Virus record (IMG/VR): IMGVR_UViG_2923318301_000003
Strand: one strand, 5' to 3'
From: a virus
Taxonomy: Duplodnaviria > Heunggongvirae > Uroviricota > Caudoviricetes
DNA length: 53,582 bases
In this document: positions 1 through 10,196 of the stretch, piece by piece
Layout: the number at the start of each line of letters is the position of its first letter
Position numbering within the stretch: position 1 is the first letter of the stretch
The notes under the pieces: model-generated
What the model saw: only the letters and a program-made list of their open reading frames with translations
Told to the model about the DNA's origin: nothing
Databases searched by the model: none
Made by a program: the position numbers and the translations under genes

Positions 1-1209
1 CTACTTTGTAGCGTTCACCAGCAAAGAAATACATGAATTATGATTAGCGTTTATATAGTCCGCATACCACTGCATCATCTCCCTACGTCCTTCCAAATAC
101 AACGCATGGTTATACGTCCCACGAATCGCATTTTTATCAACGTGAGCCAGCTGGGTTTCAATCCACGCTGTATTGAAACCTTCCTCATGCAAAATCGTAC
201 TCATCGTGTGACGGAAACCATGCCCCGTTACCCTCCCCGTATATCCAATCCGCTTAAAAACCTGATTAATACTCGCTTCACTCATCGTCTTGCGGGGATC
301 ATTACGTCCCGGGAACACCAGTGGATATTGCCCTGACATCACTTTGAGTTGCTGTACGATTTCCAGCGCTTGGGTAGAGAGGGGGACAAGGTGAGGCCGT
401 TTCATCTTCATACGCTCGGCAGGTATCTCCCACACCGCTTTTTCAAGATCAAACTCACTCCAGAAAGCACCTCGGAGTTCGCCAGTGCGAACTCCCGTGA
501 GGATCAGCAGACGTGCCGCAAGAACAACTAACGGGCTTCCTGTGTAGCCTGCGAGAGCTTTAAAAAAGTCTGGTAACTCCTCAACAGTAAGGAAGGGATA
601 ATGCTTCGATTCATGCCCTGACATCGCGCTGGTAAGATCCGCTGCAGGATTGTATTCCGCACGACCGGTTACGATGGCGTAACGAAAGACTTCGCTGCAA
701 CGCTGGCGAACCTTCTTGGCCTTCTCTGTCGCGCCACGGCTTTCAATTCGACGCAGCACATTAAGCAGAACCAGCGGTTTGATTTCATTCACCGGTTGTT
801 GGCCAATATAGGGAAAAATATCTTTATTAAAGGCTTCGATAATGTCCGAGGCATAACCTTCTGACCATCGGCTCACCTTCGTTCCATGCCATTCAAGTGC
901 CACAGCCTGAAACGTATTATTTAGCTGCACATCTCGAACCAGCTTTTCTTCTTTCTTGGCAAGCGATGGATCGATACCTTCGGCAAGCTTTTTCTTGGCG
1001 TCGTCACGCAGTGCCCTCGCTTGTGCAAGGGACACTGCCGGATAGACACCAAAGGCCATACGCTTCTCTTTTCCATTGAAGCGATATTTCATCCGCCAGT
1101 ATCTGGAACCAGAGGGAACAACCTCAAGATACAAACCAGCACCATCTGCCAGCTTATAGGCTTTCTCTCTGGGTTTAGCTGCGTCTACCTGTCGCGCATT
1201 AAGTTTCAT
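1..1209 (-). CDS. P4-type tyrosine integrase of a second thrW-associated island that continues left of the window
   Basis: 415-aa ORF (likely start at MKLNARQ). C-terminal HGFRHT...LAH...Y motifs typical of tyrosine recombinases, with a P4/CP4-like N-terminus. Start faces the tRNA-Thr 3' repeat at 1371..1418; stop codon is at 1..3. Confidence 0.85.
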   Translation of the reverse strand: MKLNARQVDAAKPREKAYKLADGAGLYLEVVPSGSRYWRMKYRFNGKEKRMAFGVYPAVSLAQARALRDDAKKKLAEGIDPSLAKKEEKLVRDVQLNNTFQAVALEWHGTKVSRWSEGYASDIIEAFNKDIFPYIGQQPVNEIKPLVLLNVLRRIESRGATEKAKKVRQRCSEVFRYAIVTGRAEYNPAADLTSAMSGHESKHYPFLTVEELPDFFKALAGYTGSPLVVLAARLLILTGVRTGELRGAFWSEFDLEKAVWEIPAERMKMKRPHLVPLSTQALEIVQQLKVMSGQYPLVFPGRNDPRKTMSEASINQVFKRIGYTGRVTGHGFRHTMSTILHEEGFNTAWIETQLAHVDKNAIRGTYNHALYLEGRREMMQWYADYINANHNSCISLLVNATK

Positions 1210-1370
1210 TGGGGGCATCTCCCTAGACCGAACACAAAATGCCCCCACTTATGCCCCCAACTGCGACTTGATTTCGGTTGAGTCTAGTTGATAACAGGAG
1301 ATAAGATACGGGCCAGAAACCGCAGTATACGAGCTTTTAGTTGATTTCGGTAGACTTGGGAAGAGTTTGA

Positions 1371-1418
1371 AATGGTGCCGATAATAGGAGTCGAACCTAC
1401 GACCTTCGCATTACGAAT
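1371..1418. repeat. 48-bp direct repeat identical to the 3' end of tRNA-Thr (distal att core copy)
   Basis: aatggtgccgataataggagtcgaacctacgaccttcgcattacgaat is identical to 52137..52184; the two copies diverge immediately afterwards. Confidence 0.85.
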
Positions 1419-2165
1419 TATAAGAATCCGCTTCTAATTCAAAGTATTACCCCATCAACACTGTGCTCACACGTCCCACCACATCAAAACATGTAAAGCC
1501 TTGCAAGCCATTGTGAGGCCTTATGTGTCTCAGTTTTGTCCCACCTTGTATTATGACTTGCATAGCCAATGAAGATAAACGTGACGACAAACAGCGCAGC
1601 AGTCTTCTTTTCTTTCACACTTTCCCCAATCAGCATACATACTTTCTACCATAACTGTAGTGAATGTCTGTTATGAGCGAGCAAAAGAGATTCAATTACC
1701 GGGGAATTACTCCGACATAAGCTCTCCCAGAAACACCGGAACAGCGATTCGCATATTCTCTTCTATACTTTCAGTCTGACCGGCTGGAGATTTCATAGCA
1801 AGAAAATGGATGCGCCAAGACCTATGCGGGAAAGAGGCTGAGGAAATAATTGCCGATAGCACTGTGCCCGACGAAAAGTTAATCTGGCACGCAATGACGC
1901 GCGTCCTTGGGGCATCAGGAATCAGAGAGCCAACTTAACAACCCATTACATATTATTTAACCGGACTGTTACATGTACAAAGTTCAATGATTAGTGATTC
2001 TGTGACGCCACATACAACCTAAGCCCCTGATATAAAACCAGTCTATGCAACACCTAAAAATCATATATGATAGGGTGATAAGTCAACGCGCAGTATAAAA
2101 ATTAAGCTAAAAAATGCTTTCAGCATAGTGAATCTATTTCACACTACATAATTAAGGATGAAAAA

Positions 2166-3011
2166 ATGACTGCACCAGTAATTAGTTTTATCAATATGAA
2201 AGGTGGGGTTGGTAAAACAACTTTATGCGTTGGGATTGCTGAGTTTTTAGCCAACCATATGGGGCGCAAGGTTCTAGTTATCGATATTGATCCTCAATTT
2301 AATGCCACTCAGTCCTTAATGGGGCATTATGATCGAGTAGAAGAATATATGACTGCCCTTCGCCCTAATAATCAAACCATTCGAAAGATTTTTGAGCTTC
2401 CAAATTCATTAATGGAAGATGAAAAGAAAGTGACACCAGAACAGGTCATTACTAAAGTTTCAGACAATCTTGATATTATCTTAGGTGATATAAACATTAT
2501 CTTTGATACTAACCAAGAGGGTATTAGAATAAAAATGTTGCGTAAATTCATCACCGAAAATGACTTAAAAGAAAGTTACGACTATATCTTTATCGATAGC
2601 CCCCCAACAATCTCATTATTTACAGATACCGCACTCCTTGCTTCTGATTATTATCTTACTCCGGTTAAAATTGATCACTACTCGGTGCTTGGAGCAAGCA
2701 GTTTAAATAGCGTTATAAGAAATATGCGCACACATCATGAGAAAGAAATCAAGCAAGTCGGTTACATTTATACAAACACTGATGCTGAAATGACCAATAA
2801 AACAAGGGAAATTAAAGAACAATTCGAAAACCATACTCAATTTACAAATTTTTATTTCTTTGAAAATCAATTAACCTACGTGCGTGATTTAATGGTAGGT
2901 TATCAAGGAAATATTCCTTCTTGTTATTCAAAGTCACGCCAAGATATAGAAAAGATCTGTAACGAATTTATTAACAGAGTGGCTCACTTGGAAGGTAACA
3001 CAAATGAATAA
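2166..3011 (+). CDS. ParA/MinD-family deviant Walker-A ATPase, first gene of a three-gene operon
   Basis: N-terminal MKGGVGKTT (KGGxGKT deviant Walker A); 281 aa; AT-rich; 8-nt overlap with the next gene. Confidence 0.8.
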   Translation: MTAPVISFINMKGGVGKTTLCVGIAEFLANHMGRKVLVIDIDPQFNATQSLMGHYDRVEEYMTALRPNNQTIRKIFELPNSLMEDEKKVTPEQVITKVSDNLDIILGDINIIFDTNQEGIRIKMLRKFITENDLKESYDYIFIDSPPTISLFTDTALLASDYYLTPVKIDHYSVLGASSLNSVIRNMRTHHEKEIKQVGYIYTNTDAEMTNKTREIKEQFENHTQFTNFYFFENQLTYVRDLMVGYQGNIPSCYSKSRQDIEKICNEFINRVAHLEGNTNE

Positions 3012-3402
3012 ACAATTAATTAAAGCGCTCAATAAAGCTAATAATATGCCCATGACCAAAGAAAACTTCTTAGGCTTGGTAATTATGTTGATTCTTTCAA
3101 AAGAGGTTTTTAGATCAAATTTTGATGTTAGTAAATTTATTAACAAAACCTTCAAAATATCTTTTTTGAATTATGCTGTACGGTCAAGAACTTTGATGTG
3201 CGCTAAAATTTGCAGACATATTAATGAATTAAGTGAGAATGACATAAAGATGGCTTATACGCATTTCTTAAACAACATTAACACATTAGACATTATTTTT
3301 AATGATGCAAATAAAACAAGCCAAAAATCCACATCTAAAAGCAAGCATGCTATAAGGAATTTAAATATTTGGATTAATGCAAATAAAAAGGAAGAAGAAT
3401 AA
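3004..3402 (+). CDS. Hypothetical protein, operon partner of the ParA-like ATPase
   Basis: 132-aa ORF overlapping the upstream stop; its stop overlaps the next start (ATGA at 3402). No recognisable motif. Confidence 0.6.
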   Translation: MNKQLIKALNKANNMPMTKENFLGLVIMLILSKEVFRSNFDVSKFINKTFKISFLNYAVRSRTLMCAKICRHINELSENDIKMAYTHFLNNINTLDIIFNDANKTSQKSTSKSKHAIRNLNIWINANKKEEE

Positions 3403-4067
3403 TGCTCACGCAGGATCCCTTCAACATTGGAAGAGATGTAAATTATTTTAGAGCGGAGGTGCAAAAGCACCTCAGAACCACTGATGAAATAAACAAATCA
3501 GTATCAATATTTAGGCAAATAAGTCTTTGTAATACAATTTTAAGTCACAATCCTAATCTAAATCACTCTTCTTATATAAAAGGTTTTATATATGATACCT
3601 TAAACTCCTTAATTGCCATTATAAAAAAAAGAGAACGGTATCTCCAACTGAACTTCCGCTCAATGGTGGAGCATGTGGCCAGAATAAGCCTCAATAAGAA
3701 CTACAATGGTGGGGATTTTGACCAAACTGTACGTCGTAGAGACTTTGACTTCTTAAAAGCCCAACAAGTCGATGAAGGCTGGTCTTATTTACATAATGTC
3801 TATATCAACGCCTGTTATTATGTTCACTCCTCCCCCCAAGCGAACCTAAATGTTACATCAACATTTATATCACTTATGGAGGGAGATTGTAATTCAACAC
3901 AGCATAAAATGGTGAAAAAACTTCATGAGGTAGTATCGGCGCTGATGAGAATCATTATAAAGTATTATCATCAGCATATCTCAAACATTTTCTTTAGAAA
4001 CAAAAAGGATTTAGAGAAAATAATGGGAAAAAGCCTTTATTCATATTATACCAGCTTAGACAATTAA
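3402..4067 (+). CDS. Hypothetical protein, third gene of the ParA-like operon
   Basis: 221-aa ORF translationally coupled to the upstream gene; contains R-x4/5-H spacings (RAEVQKH, RSMVEH), which are not diagnostic. Confidence 0.6.
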   Translation: MLTQDPFNIGRDVNYFRAEVQKHLRTTDEINKSVSIFRQISLCNTILSHNPNLNHSSYIKGFIYDTLNSLIAIIKKRERYLQLNFRSMVEHVARISLNKNYNGGDFDQTVRRRDFDFLKAQQVDEGWSYLHNVYINACYYVHSSPQANLNVTSTFISLMEGDCNSTQHKMVKKLHEVVSALMRIIIKYYHQHISNIFFRNKKDLEKIMGKSLYSYYTSLDN

Positions 4068-4862
4068 TTCTCTCATATTCATTGCGTAGAGCATAAATAT
4101 CTATCTAACCACCTAAAATGCCAGAAAATCTAGTTGTATACCGGTGCGAAAATATCTCGCGTTTCATCTGCCACTGCTGCTGAATGCCCTGCCCAGCGAA
4201 ACAGAGTGTTTCCTTCCCGTCTTTTGCATTGAGGTGCTCCAGCACGCTCATTAACTTTTCGCTCCCAGGACCCAGCGCGTTATCGTCGAATAGGTTAGGG
4301 CATGCTCTGACTGAAGAAGTCCCCCAGCATTACCCCGGCTTTCTGATATCGGTGTCCGTCTTTCCATATTGCATCCAGACTCCCCGTTGCTACTGCAATG
4401 ATATCCCGACTGTCCTGTGTCGGGATGAGCAGCTTCACCGACGCGCTGTTACAGTAGTACGACTCGTTCAACGCAAAGGGTATCGTGTAAAACCGATGAT
4501 GACACTGCCGGCAATCAGCACTGACGTCAGCAAACGTGAGAAAGAACAGATAAGCCGAACGATTTAGGAAATGTTTGAAGAGACTGATATGTGGATGGTT
4601 TCAGTTTAAACGCCTTGAACCGTCATATTACCTAAGTACAATCCGCTGTGACTGGCAATCATTCAATACTTGCACTATCAAAAGTGCATCAGCCAACCGC
4701 AGCACGTCTTGCATACGACCTGTCTGCGGTTTCAATCACCTCTCACCACCAGTCCCATCAATAATAATTAAACAGCGCCTAAACAAAATAAATAACAACA
4801 AGTCAACAACCTCGACAGGATGCCGATGGGATGTAAGCGACTCATCAGAACCGTATTGATAT

Positions 4863-6434
4863 TTACTGAGAGCTCAGATCAACTTTCCAGGGCAACAGAT
4901 CGCGTACCCGGTTTGCCGGCCAGTCCTGGATATGTTCAATGACGTAACGCAGCCACTTTTCTGGCTCCACATTGTTCAGACGGCATGTGCCGATCAGCGA
5001 GTACAACACCGCCGCATGTTCACCACCGCTGTCGGAACCCGCGAACATCCAGTTTTTCCGGCCTACGGCCACTCCCCGTAAGGCGTTCTCTGCGATGTTG
5101 TTGTCGATTTCCACCCAGCCATTACTGCAGTACACGTTCAGTGCATCCCACTGTTTCAGCAGGTATGCGAACGCTTTTGCCGTATCTGAGTGACGCGACA
5201 GTGTTTTCATCTGTTGCTGTATCCAGTCATACAGTGACTGCATCAGTGGCGCGGCTCTGGCTTTTCTTGCCGCCAGACGCTGTTCTGCTGAACAGCCCCG
5301 GACCTCTGCCTCGATGGCATACAGTTCACCGATACGCTGCAGGGCTTCCGTGGTGATGTAGGTGGGCGCTCTTGCATGCACATCGTGGATTTTTCTCCGG
5401 GCATGAGCCATACACGCGGCTTCCGTTATTCTGCCGGATTCGTATAACGCCCGGTAACCACCGTAAGCATCGGCCTGAAGCACACCGCTGTAACCGGCCA
5501 GGTAATTTTGTGGATGGATACCTTTCCGGTCCGGACTGTACGCGAACCAGACCGCCGGGGGCATCTGTGAACCGGCGTTACGGTCATCACGGACGTAGAC
5601 CCACAGCCGGGCTGTCCGGGTTTTACCGCTGCCCGGCTCCTGGACCGGGACGGGGATATCATCAGCATGGACTTTACCGGGCATCAGCACATACTGGCGC
5701 AGGACGTCATACAGCGGCTCCAGCAGTTCAGCAACAGCACCTGTCCAGCGCCCCAGTGTGGCACGGCTCAGCTCCACTCCCTGACGACGGTATATTTCTG
5801 ACTGGCGGTATAACGGCAGATGGTCTGCATATTTCCCGGTGACAACATGGGCCAGAAGCCCCGCTCCGGCATAACTGCGTGCAATGGGTTTTGAAGGTAC
5901 TGGTGCCTGCACGATATGGTCGCACCGGCAACAGGCCTGTTTCGGACGTTGTGTTTCGATAACCTTAAAGGCGCTGCTGATAAGCTCCAGTTGCTCTGAC
6001 ACATCACATCCCAGAGAACTGAGTTCACCACCACAGGCAGGACAGCATTCCTCTTCCGGCCGGATAACCCGGGTTTCACGGGGAAGTGAGGCCGGTAACG
6101 GTTTACGGGCTGAAGACTGGCGCAGGGCGGATGGCAGTACCGGGTCATATTGCTCACCCAGCGTTTCCGCCATTTCTTCCTGAAGTGCGCTGATTCGCTC
6201 CTGTGCTTCCTGTATCTGCCGTTCGGTTTTTGCACGAAGTTTTTCTGAGCTTTTACCGAACTGCATACGTTGCAGTTTCGCAACCAGCGCCTTCAGCCGG
6301 TTGATTTCGGAAGCATAAGCCGCCACCCGCTGTGAGAGCAGGCGGTTGTATTCAGCCATCTGGCGGATGGTGTCCTGTTGCGTCTGCAACAGTGCCCGCA
6401 GGCGGGCGTTCTCATGAGCAAGTGAGGTGTCCAT
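4863..6434 (-). CDS. IS66-family transposase TnpC
   Basis: 523-aa ORF with N-terminal coiled-coil/leucine-zipper, a Cys-rich zinc-finger-like segment (CPACGG...CCRCD) and a DDE-type core; typical IS66 TnpC layout. Confidence 0.85.
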   Translation of the reverse strand: MDTSLAHENARLRALLQTQQDTIRQMAEYNRLLSQRVAAYASEINRLKALVAKLQRMQFGKSSEKLRAKTERQIQEAQERISALQEEMAETLGEQYDPVLPSALRQSSARKPLPASLPRETRVIRPEEECCPACGGELSSLGCDVSEQLELISSAFKVIETQRPKQACCRCDHIVQAPVPSKPIARSYAGAGLLAHVVTGKYADHLPLYRQSEIYRRQGVELSRATLGRWTGAVAELLEPLYDVLRQYVLMPGKVHADDIPVPVQEPGSGKTRTARLWVYVRDDRNAGSQMPPAVWFAYSPDRKGIHPQNYLAGYSGVLQADAYGGYRALYESGRITEAACMAHARRKIHDVHARAPTYITTEALQRIGELYAIEAEVRGCSAEQRLAARKARAAPLMQSLYDWIQQQMKTLSRHSDTAKAFAYLLKQWDALNVYCSNGWVEIDNNIAENALRGVAVGRKNWMFAGSDSGGEHAAVLYSLIGTCRLNNVEPEKWLRYVIEHIQDWPANRVRDLLPWKVDLSSQ

Positions 6435-6453
6435 ATCCTCACTTTACAACGGG

Positions 6454-6801
6454 TTATATGCGGATTCCAGCGCGTTCCGTTCGTTTCGGGTGCTTCCAGT
6501 TGATACCTTCAAGAAGCATGGATAACTGAGCCGGAGTAAGGTGCACCTTGCCGTCACGGGTGACTGGCCAGACGAAGCGGCCCCGCTCCAGGCGTTTGGT
6601 GAAGAGGCACAGTCCGTCACTGTCAGCCCACAACACTTTTATCTGGTCACCCCGGCGTCCGCGGAAGATGAACAGGTGTCCGGAGAACGGGTCATCCTTC
6701 AGGACGTTCTGAACTTTTGATGCCAGGCCGTTAAAGCCATTTCGCATATCGGTGATACCTGCAACCAGCCAGATACGCGAACCTGCAGGGAGAGATATCA
6801 T
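6454..6801 (-). CDS. IS66-family TnpB (Orf2) accessory protein
   Basis: 115-aa ORF between orfA and tnpC with the conserved IS66 Orf2 character (WLVAGITDMRNGFNGLA...). Confidence 0.8.
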   Translation of the reverse strand: MISLPAGSRIWLVAGITDMRNGFNGLASKVQNVLKDDPFSGHLFIFRGRRGDQIKVLWADSDGLCLFTKRLERGRFVWPVTRDGKVHLTPAQLSMLLEGINWKHPKRTERAGIRI

Positions 6802-7478
6802 CAGTGGCTGCTCCCTTTTATTTCGCGGATAAGTGTCTGTAATAACGCCGGCGTCAGTTTACCTTTAAGCCTGAGAGTTCCGGCCGGCAGAACCAGCTCA
6901 CAACACAGACTGTCGGACGGTGTATTTATCTGCTCTGGTTCCTGTGCGGGGGCCGGGATTTTATTATCCGGCTCCGGCGTTAACGTCACGGGAAGCAGTG
7001 CCGGCATATTTTTTCCGGAAGGCAGCAGGCCACCTTTCCGGTATTGATGGCGCCAGTTGAAGAGCAGGTTATCGTTGATTCCGTTTTCCCGGGCGATCTG
7101 CGCCACACAGGCTCCGGGCTGCAGTGACTGCTCCACTAAGGCGATTTTAAACTCATAAGGGAAGTTGGGCCGCCGGGGACGTTTTTTTACCACGGGGGCT
7201 TCGGATATAACGGTGCTTTCAGGACGTACGACTGGTACCGTGGAAAATTGTCCGTAAAGGCAGGCATCAAGTTCCTGCTCCGACATGCCTGCGGGCAAAG
7301 GCCACGAAAGGCCAGCTCTCCGAAAGCGCACGAACATACTACAAACTGTTGATTTTGGTACACCCAGGCGACGCCCGGCCACAACCCGGGGTAAATGTTC
7401 TTCAAAGTGAAGACGTAAAGCTTCAGTGATCCAGGTCCGGTGTTTCATACGATAGTGTCCATTAAAAATGATGGACAT
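6801..7478 (-). CDS. IS66-family OrfA (Orf1)
   Basis: 225-aa ORF whose stop overlaps the tnpB start. HTH-like N-terminus. True start may be the internal Met (MKHRTW). Confidence 0.7.
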   Translation of the reverse strand: MSIIFNGHYRMKHRTWITEALRLHFEEHLPRVVAGRRLGVPKSTVCSMFVRFRRAGLSWPLPAGMSEQELDACLYGQFSTVPVVRPESTVISEAPVVKKRPRRPNFPYEFKIALVEQSLQPGACVAQIARENGINDNLLFNWRHQYRKGGLLPSGKNMPALLPVTLTPEPDNKIPAPAQEPEQINTPSDSLCCELVLPAGTLRLKGKLTPALLQTLIREIKGSSH

Positions 7479-7644
7479 TATTTTTGTAGAGCCGGAGGAA
7501 ACAGACCAGACGGTTTAAATGAGCCGGTTACGATGGGATGATGAAGAGATAAGAAAGAATAACTAGTAAAGCCCTAAAACGTCAGCGTTCAGACGCGTTT
7601 TTTACTTAACCGGTAACAAATACGTTGTATCATAGCAACATAAA

Positions 7645-9594
7645 ATGATTGTTCTAAATCAGATTAACTCCTCACTTTTGTACAATGTCGCTTACAGGTA
7701 TACCATGAAATCCGAGACGCTAACTGTCCAACAACTTTTTCAAGACCGCCGACAATACTGTGTTCCATTCTATCAACGTGCCTATGTATGGACTCAGCGA
7801 AACCAATGGTCAGCTCTACTGGAGGATATCCTAGAGAAAGCACAATCCCGGCTCTCGGGTACAAAACCAACTCCCCATTTCCTTGGTGCAGTGGTACTGG
7901 AACCTCAACCAAAAAAAGGATTATTCGGTGTAGATTCCATACATATTATTGATGGTCAGCAACGATTGACCACTCTTCAATATGTTCTGGCATCCATCCG
8001 ATTAGCATTACGTGCGACAGATCTTTCCAACTTAGAGCCTCTCATTTCGTCTTGCCTGAAAAACTCAAACGAAGACACAATGCGAAATAAAGAAGTAGAG
8101 CGCTTCAAACTGTGGCCAACTTTTCGGGATCAAACTCATTTTATTCAAAGTTTTAATGTTGAAAATATTGACGATATCCGGAATGTATTCTCTGATAGTT
8201 TCACGCAGCATGGTACGTTGCGTAAGCATTTTAATCACCCGCCATCACTAGAAGCATTATGTTTTTTTACTGAAGCCTTTATAAAGTGGATTAAAATAGA
8301 AAATCACTCACCACGAGAAAATGCTGTAGCATTAATTGAGGCTGTCTTGACGGATCTGAAACTAGTAAGCATATTTCTCGAGGCTGAAGATGACGCTCAA
8401 ATAATTTTTGAAACATTAAATGGCAGAGGTGCGGAACTTCATGCCACAGATCTTATTCGCAATTATATTTTTATGTGCGCTGAACATGAAAATATTAATG
8501 CTGTTGAATTATATGAGAATGAGTGGAAGATCTTTGAAGATACGTACTGGTCAGAAAGACAACGTCGTGGTCGTATTAATAAACCACGCATGGAGTGGCT
8601 AGTGCATGCAACATTGCAATCAGAAAGGCAACGTGAAATCGATCTGTCTCGTCTTTACAATGAGTATCGTGATTATGTAAGTAAGGACTTGCCTTCACAA
8701 CGAGCAGATCTGCAAGTAAAGCGCCTCAAACAATATGCATCACAATATAAAGAATTGGTTGGTGGTTTTGGCACAACCCCCATCTCACACTTTGGACATC
8801 GCATCGCAGCCTATGATGTGACGACACTTTATCCGCTTGCTTTGTTCATTTCGATAGCTAACATCGCCGATGATGAGAAAGCAGCCATGTATAATGATCT
8901 TGTCTCCTACGTAGTACGAAGAGCCGTATGTGGCCTGACGCCAAAGAATTACAACAATGTATTTATGAATGTATTGCGGCACTTGTCTAAAACAGAAATT
9001 TCCAGTGTTGAGTTACGTAATATCCTCAATAGCTTAAATGGCGAAGCCTCACGTTGGCCTGGGGACTCAGAATTTCTCAACGCTTGCATCAATGCTCCAC
9101 TTTATCCTGGCAGGCTCGACGCACCGAAAATGCGCTCAATGTTAACGGAACTTGAAAGAGAACTTTGTCGCCAAGTGAAGACAGAGAAGCCTGATGTTCC
9201 AAATCTTTCTAACCTCGATATCGATCATCTTATGCCTCAAAGTTGGTATTCCTGTTGGCCTCTCGAAAATGGTCATATGGTGACAAATTCAGATGCTACG
9301 GTATTGAACCAAATTGTTCTGTCTGGAACCGATCTTACCCCAGAACAGCTACTGGTAAGGAAACGGCAACAAGCGATAGCTACGTTGGGAAATCTAACTT
9401 TGCTTAACCTTAGCGTAAACCGTTCTGTTCAGAATGCTGTATTTCTGAAAAAACGTGATGCTCTCATCGTCCACACCAATCTACGACTGAACATTCCACT
9501 TATAGTTAAGGATAAATGGGATGAGGATGAAATCCTGGAGCGGGGTAAAAAGTTGGGGGAAATTGCATTGAAAGTATGGCCAAAACACGATTAA
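7645..9594 (+). CDS. Fused DUF262/DUF1524 protein, GmrSD-family type IV (modification-dependent) restriction endonuclease-like
   Basis: N-terminal ParB-like/DUF262 hallmark (IIDGQQRLTTLQ) and C-terminal His-Me finger/DUF1524-like motif (DIDHLMPQSW); 649 aa. Alternative start at 7705. Confidence 0.75.
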   Translation: MIVLNQINSSLLYNVAYRYTMKSETLTVQQLFQDRRQYCVPFYQRAYVWTQRNQWSALLEDILEKAQSRLSGTKPTPHFLGAVVLEPQPKKGLFGVDSIHIIDGQQRLTTLQYVLASIRLALRATDLSNLEPLISSCLKNSNEDTMRNKEVERFKLWPTFRDQTHFIQSFNVENIDDIRNVFSDSFTQHGTLRKHFNHPPSLEALCFFTEAFIKWIKIENHSPRENAVALIEAVLTDLKLVSIFLEAEDDAQIIFETLNGRGAELHATDLIRNYIFMCAEHENINAVELYENEWKIFEDTYWSERQRRGRINKPRMEWLVHATLQSERQREIDLSRLYNEYRDYVSKDLPSQRADLQVKRLKQYASQYKELVGGFGTTPISHFGHRIAAYDVTTLYPLALFISIANIADDEKAAMYNDLVSYVVRRAVCGLTPKNYNNVFMNVLRHLSKTEISSVELRNILNSLNGEASRWPGDSEFLNACINAPLYPGRLDAPKMRSMLTELERELCRQVKTEKPDVPNLSNLDIDHLMPQSWYSCWPLENGHMVTNSDATVLNQIVLSGTDLTPEQLLVRKRQQAIATLGNLTLLNLSVNRSVQNAVFLKKRDALIVHTNLRLNIPLIVKDKWDEDEILERGKKLGEIALKVWPKHD

Positions 9595-9616
9595 TGCAAT
9601 TAATAAAATGATTATA

Positions 9617-9640
9617 GCGGCCTTACATTAGTAAGGCCGC
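9617..9640. terminator. GC-rich hairpin immediately downstream of the GmrSD-like gene
   Basis: gcggcctta-cattag-taaggccgc, a 9-bp perfect stem; no strong U-tract on the + strand, so terminator function is tentative. Confidence 0.4.
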
Positions 9641-9989
9641 TACTCACTATTAAATCCTTTAATTTGCAACAAGAACAGCAGTGTCAGCCCTAGGTTTCGG
9701 ACTTTGTACCGCTTATCTTGTCTTCAAAAATCAGCTCGCATCCTGCACAGTTCAGCGCATTACGAATCTGTAGCACCAATCTTAACTATCTGTTTTAGCA
9801 AGCATTAACCGCATTCACTAAGCTATAGTTGATGGCACAAACAGAAAGTTGATGCATGATGTTGTCATGTGTATGTCACAAATGCGGCACAACGATCTTC
9901 AAACATGTAGCCACACATCCACAGAAGAGCACAAAGCCTTGCAATCCAGTGCAACGCTTTGTGTACCATAGTTTTTCCTTATCAACTAC

Positions 9990-10192
9990 CGCAAGTATCG
10001 ATCGATGGAGGCTTGGATGTTAAATTTCATGACTTTGATCACTTGGTGCATCACGAAACTATCGAAGTGCAACTCGCTCATGCCAACGGCGGATCTGTGC
10101 GTGGGATTTACAACCATGCTCAGTATCTAGATAAGCGCAGAGAAATGATGCAGTGGTGGGCTGATTACATCGATGGTCGTGCAGGAGTGTAA
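9990..10192 (+). pseudogene. Remnant of the 3' end of a P4-type integrase gene
   Basis: Translation ...ETIEVQLAHANGGSVRGIYNHAQYLDKRREMMQWWADYIDGRAGV aligns with the C-terminus of the integrase at 1..1209 (...ETQLAHVDKNAIRGTYNHALYLEGRREMMQWYADYI...). No N-terminal or catalytic domains upstream. Confidence 0.55.
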
Positions 10193-10196
10193 GCCA

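Larger units (their letters stand above)
4833..7531 (-). mobile_element. IS66-family insertion sequence (orfA-tnpB-tnpC) with 8-bp target site duplication
   Basis: Three-ORF IS66 organisation. Ends gtaagcg... (4833) and ...ccggttac (7531) form imperfect inverted repeats. Flanked by direct GATGGGAT at 4825..4832 and 7532..7539. Length ~2.7 kb. Confidence 0.85.

Noticed and set aside
2166-4067. Plasmid-type parAB partition locus
   Set aside because: The downstream proteins lack a ParB-like HTH and no centromere-like repeat array is visible; partition is kept only as a less likely alternative.
5372-6283. Several 100-170-aa ORFs on both strands
   Set aside because: All lie inside the IS66 tnpC coding region in alternative frames; they are GC-rich frame artefacts.
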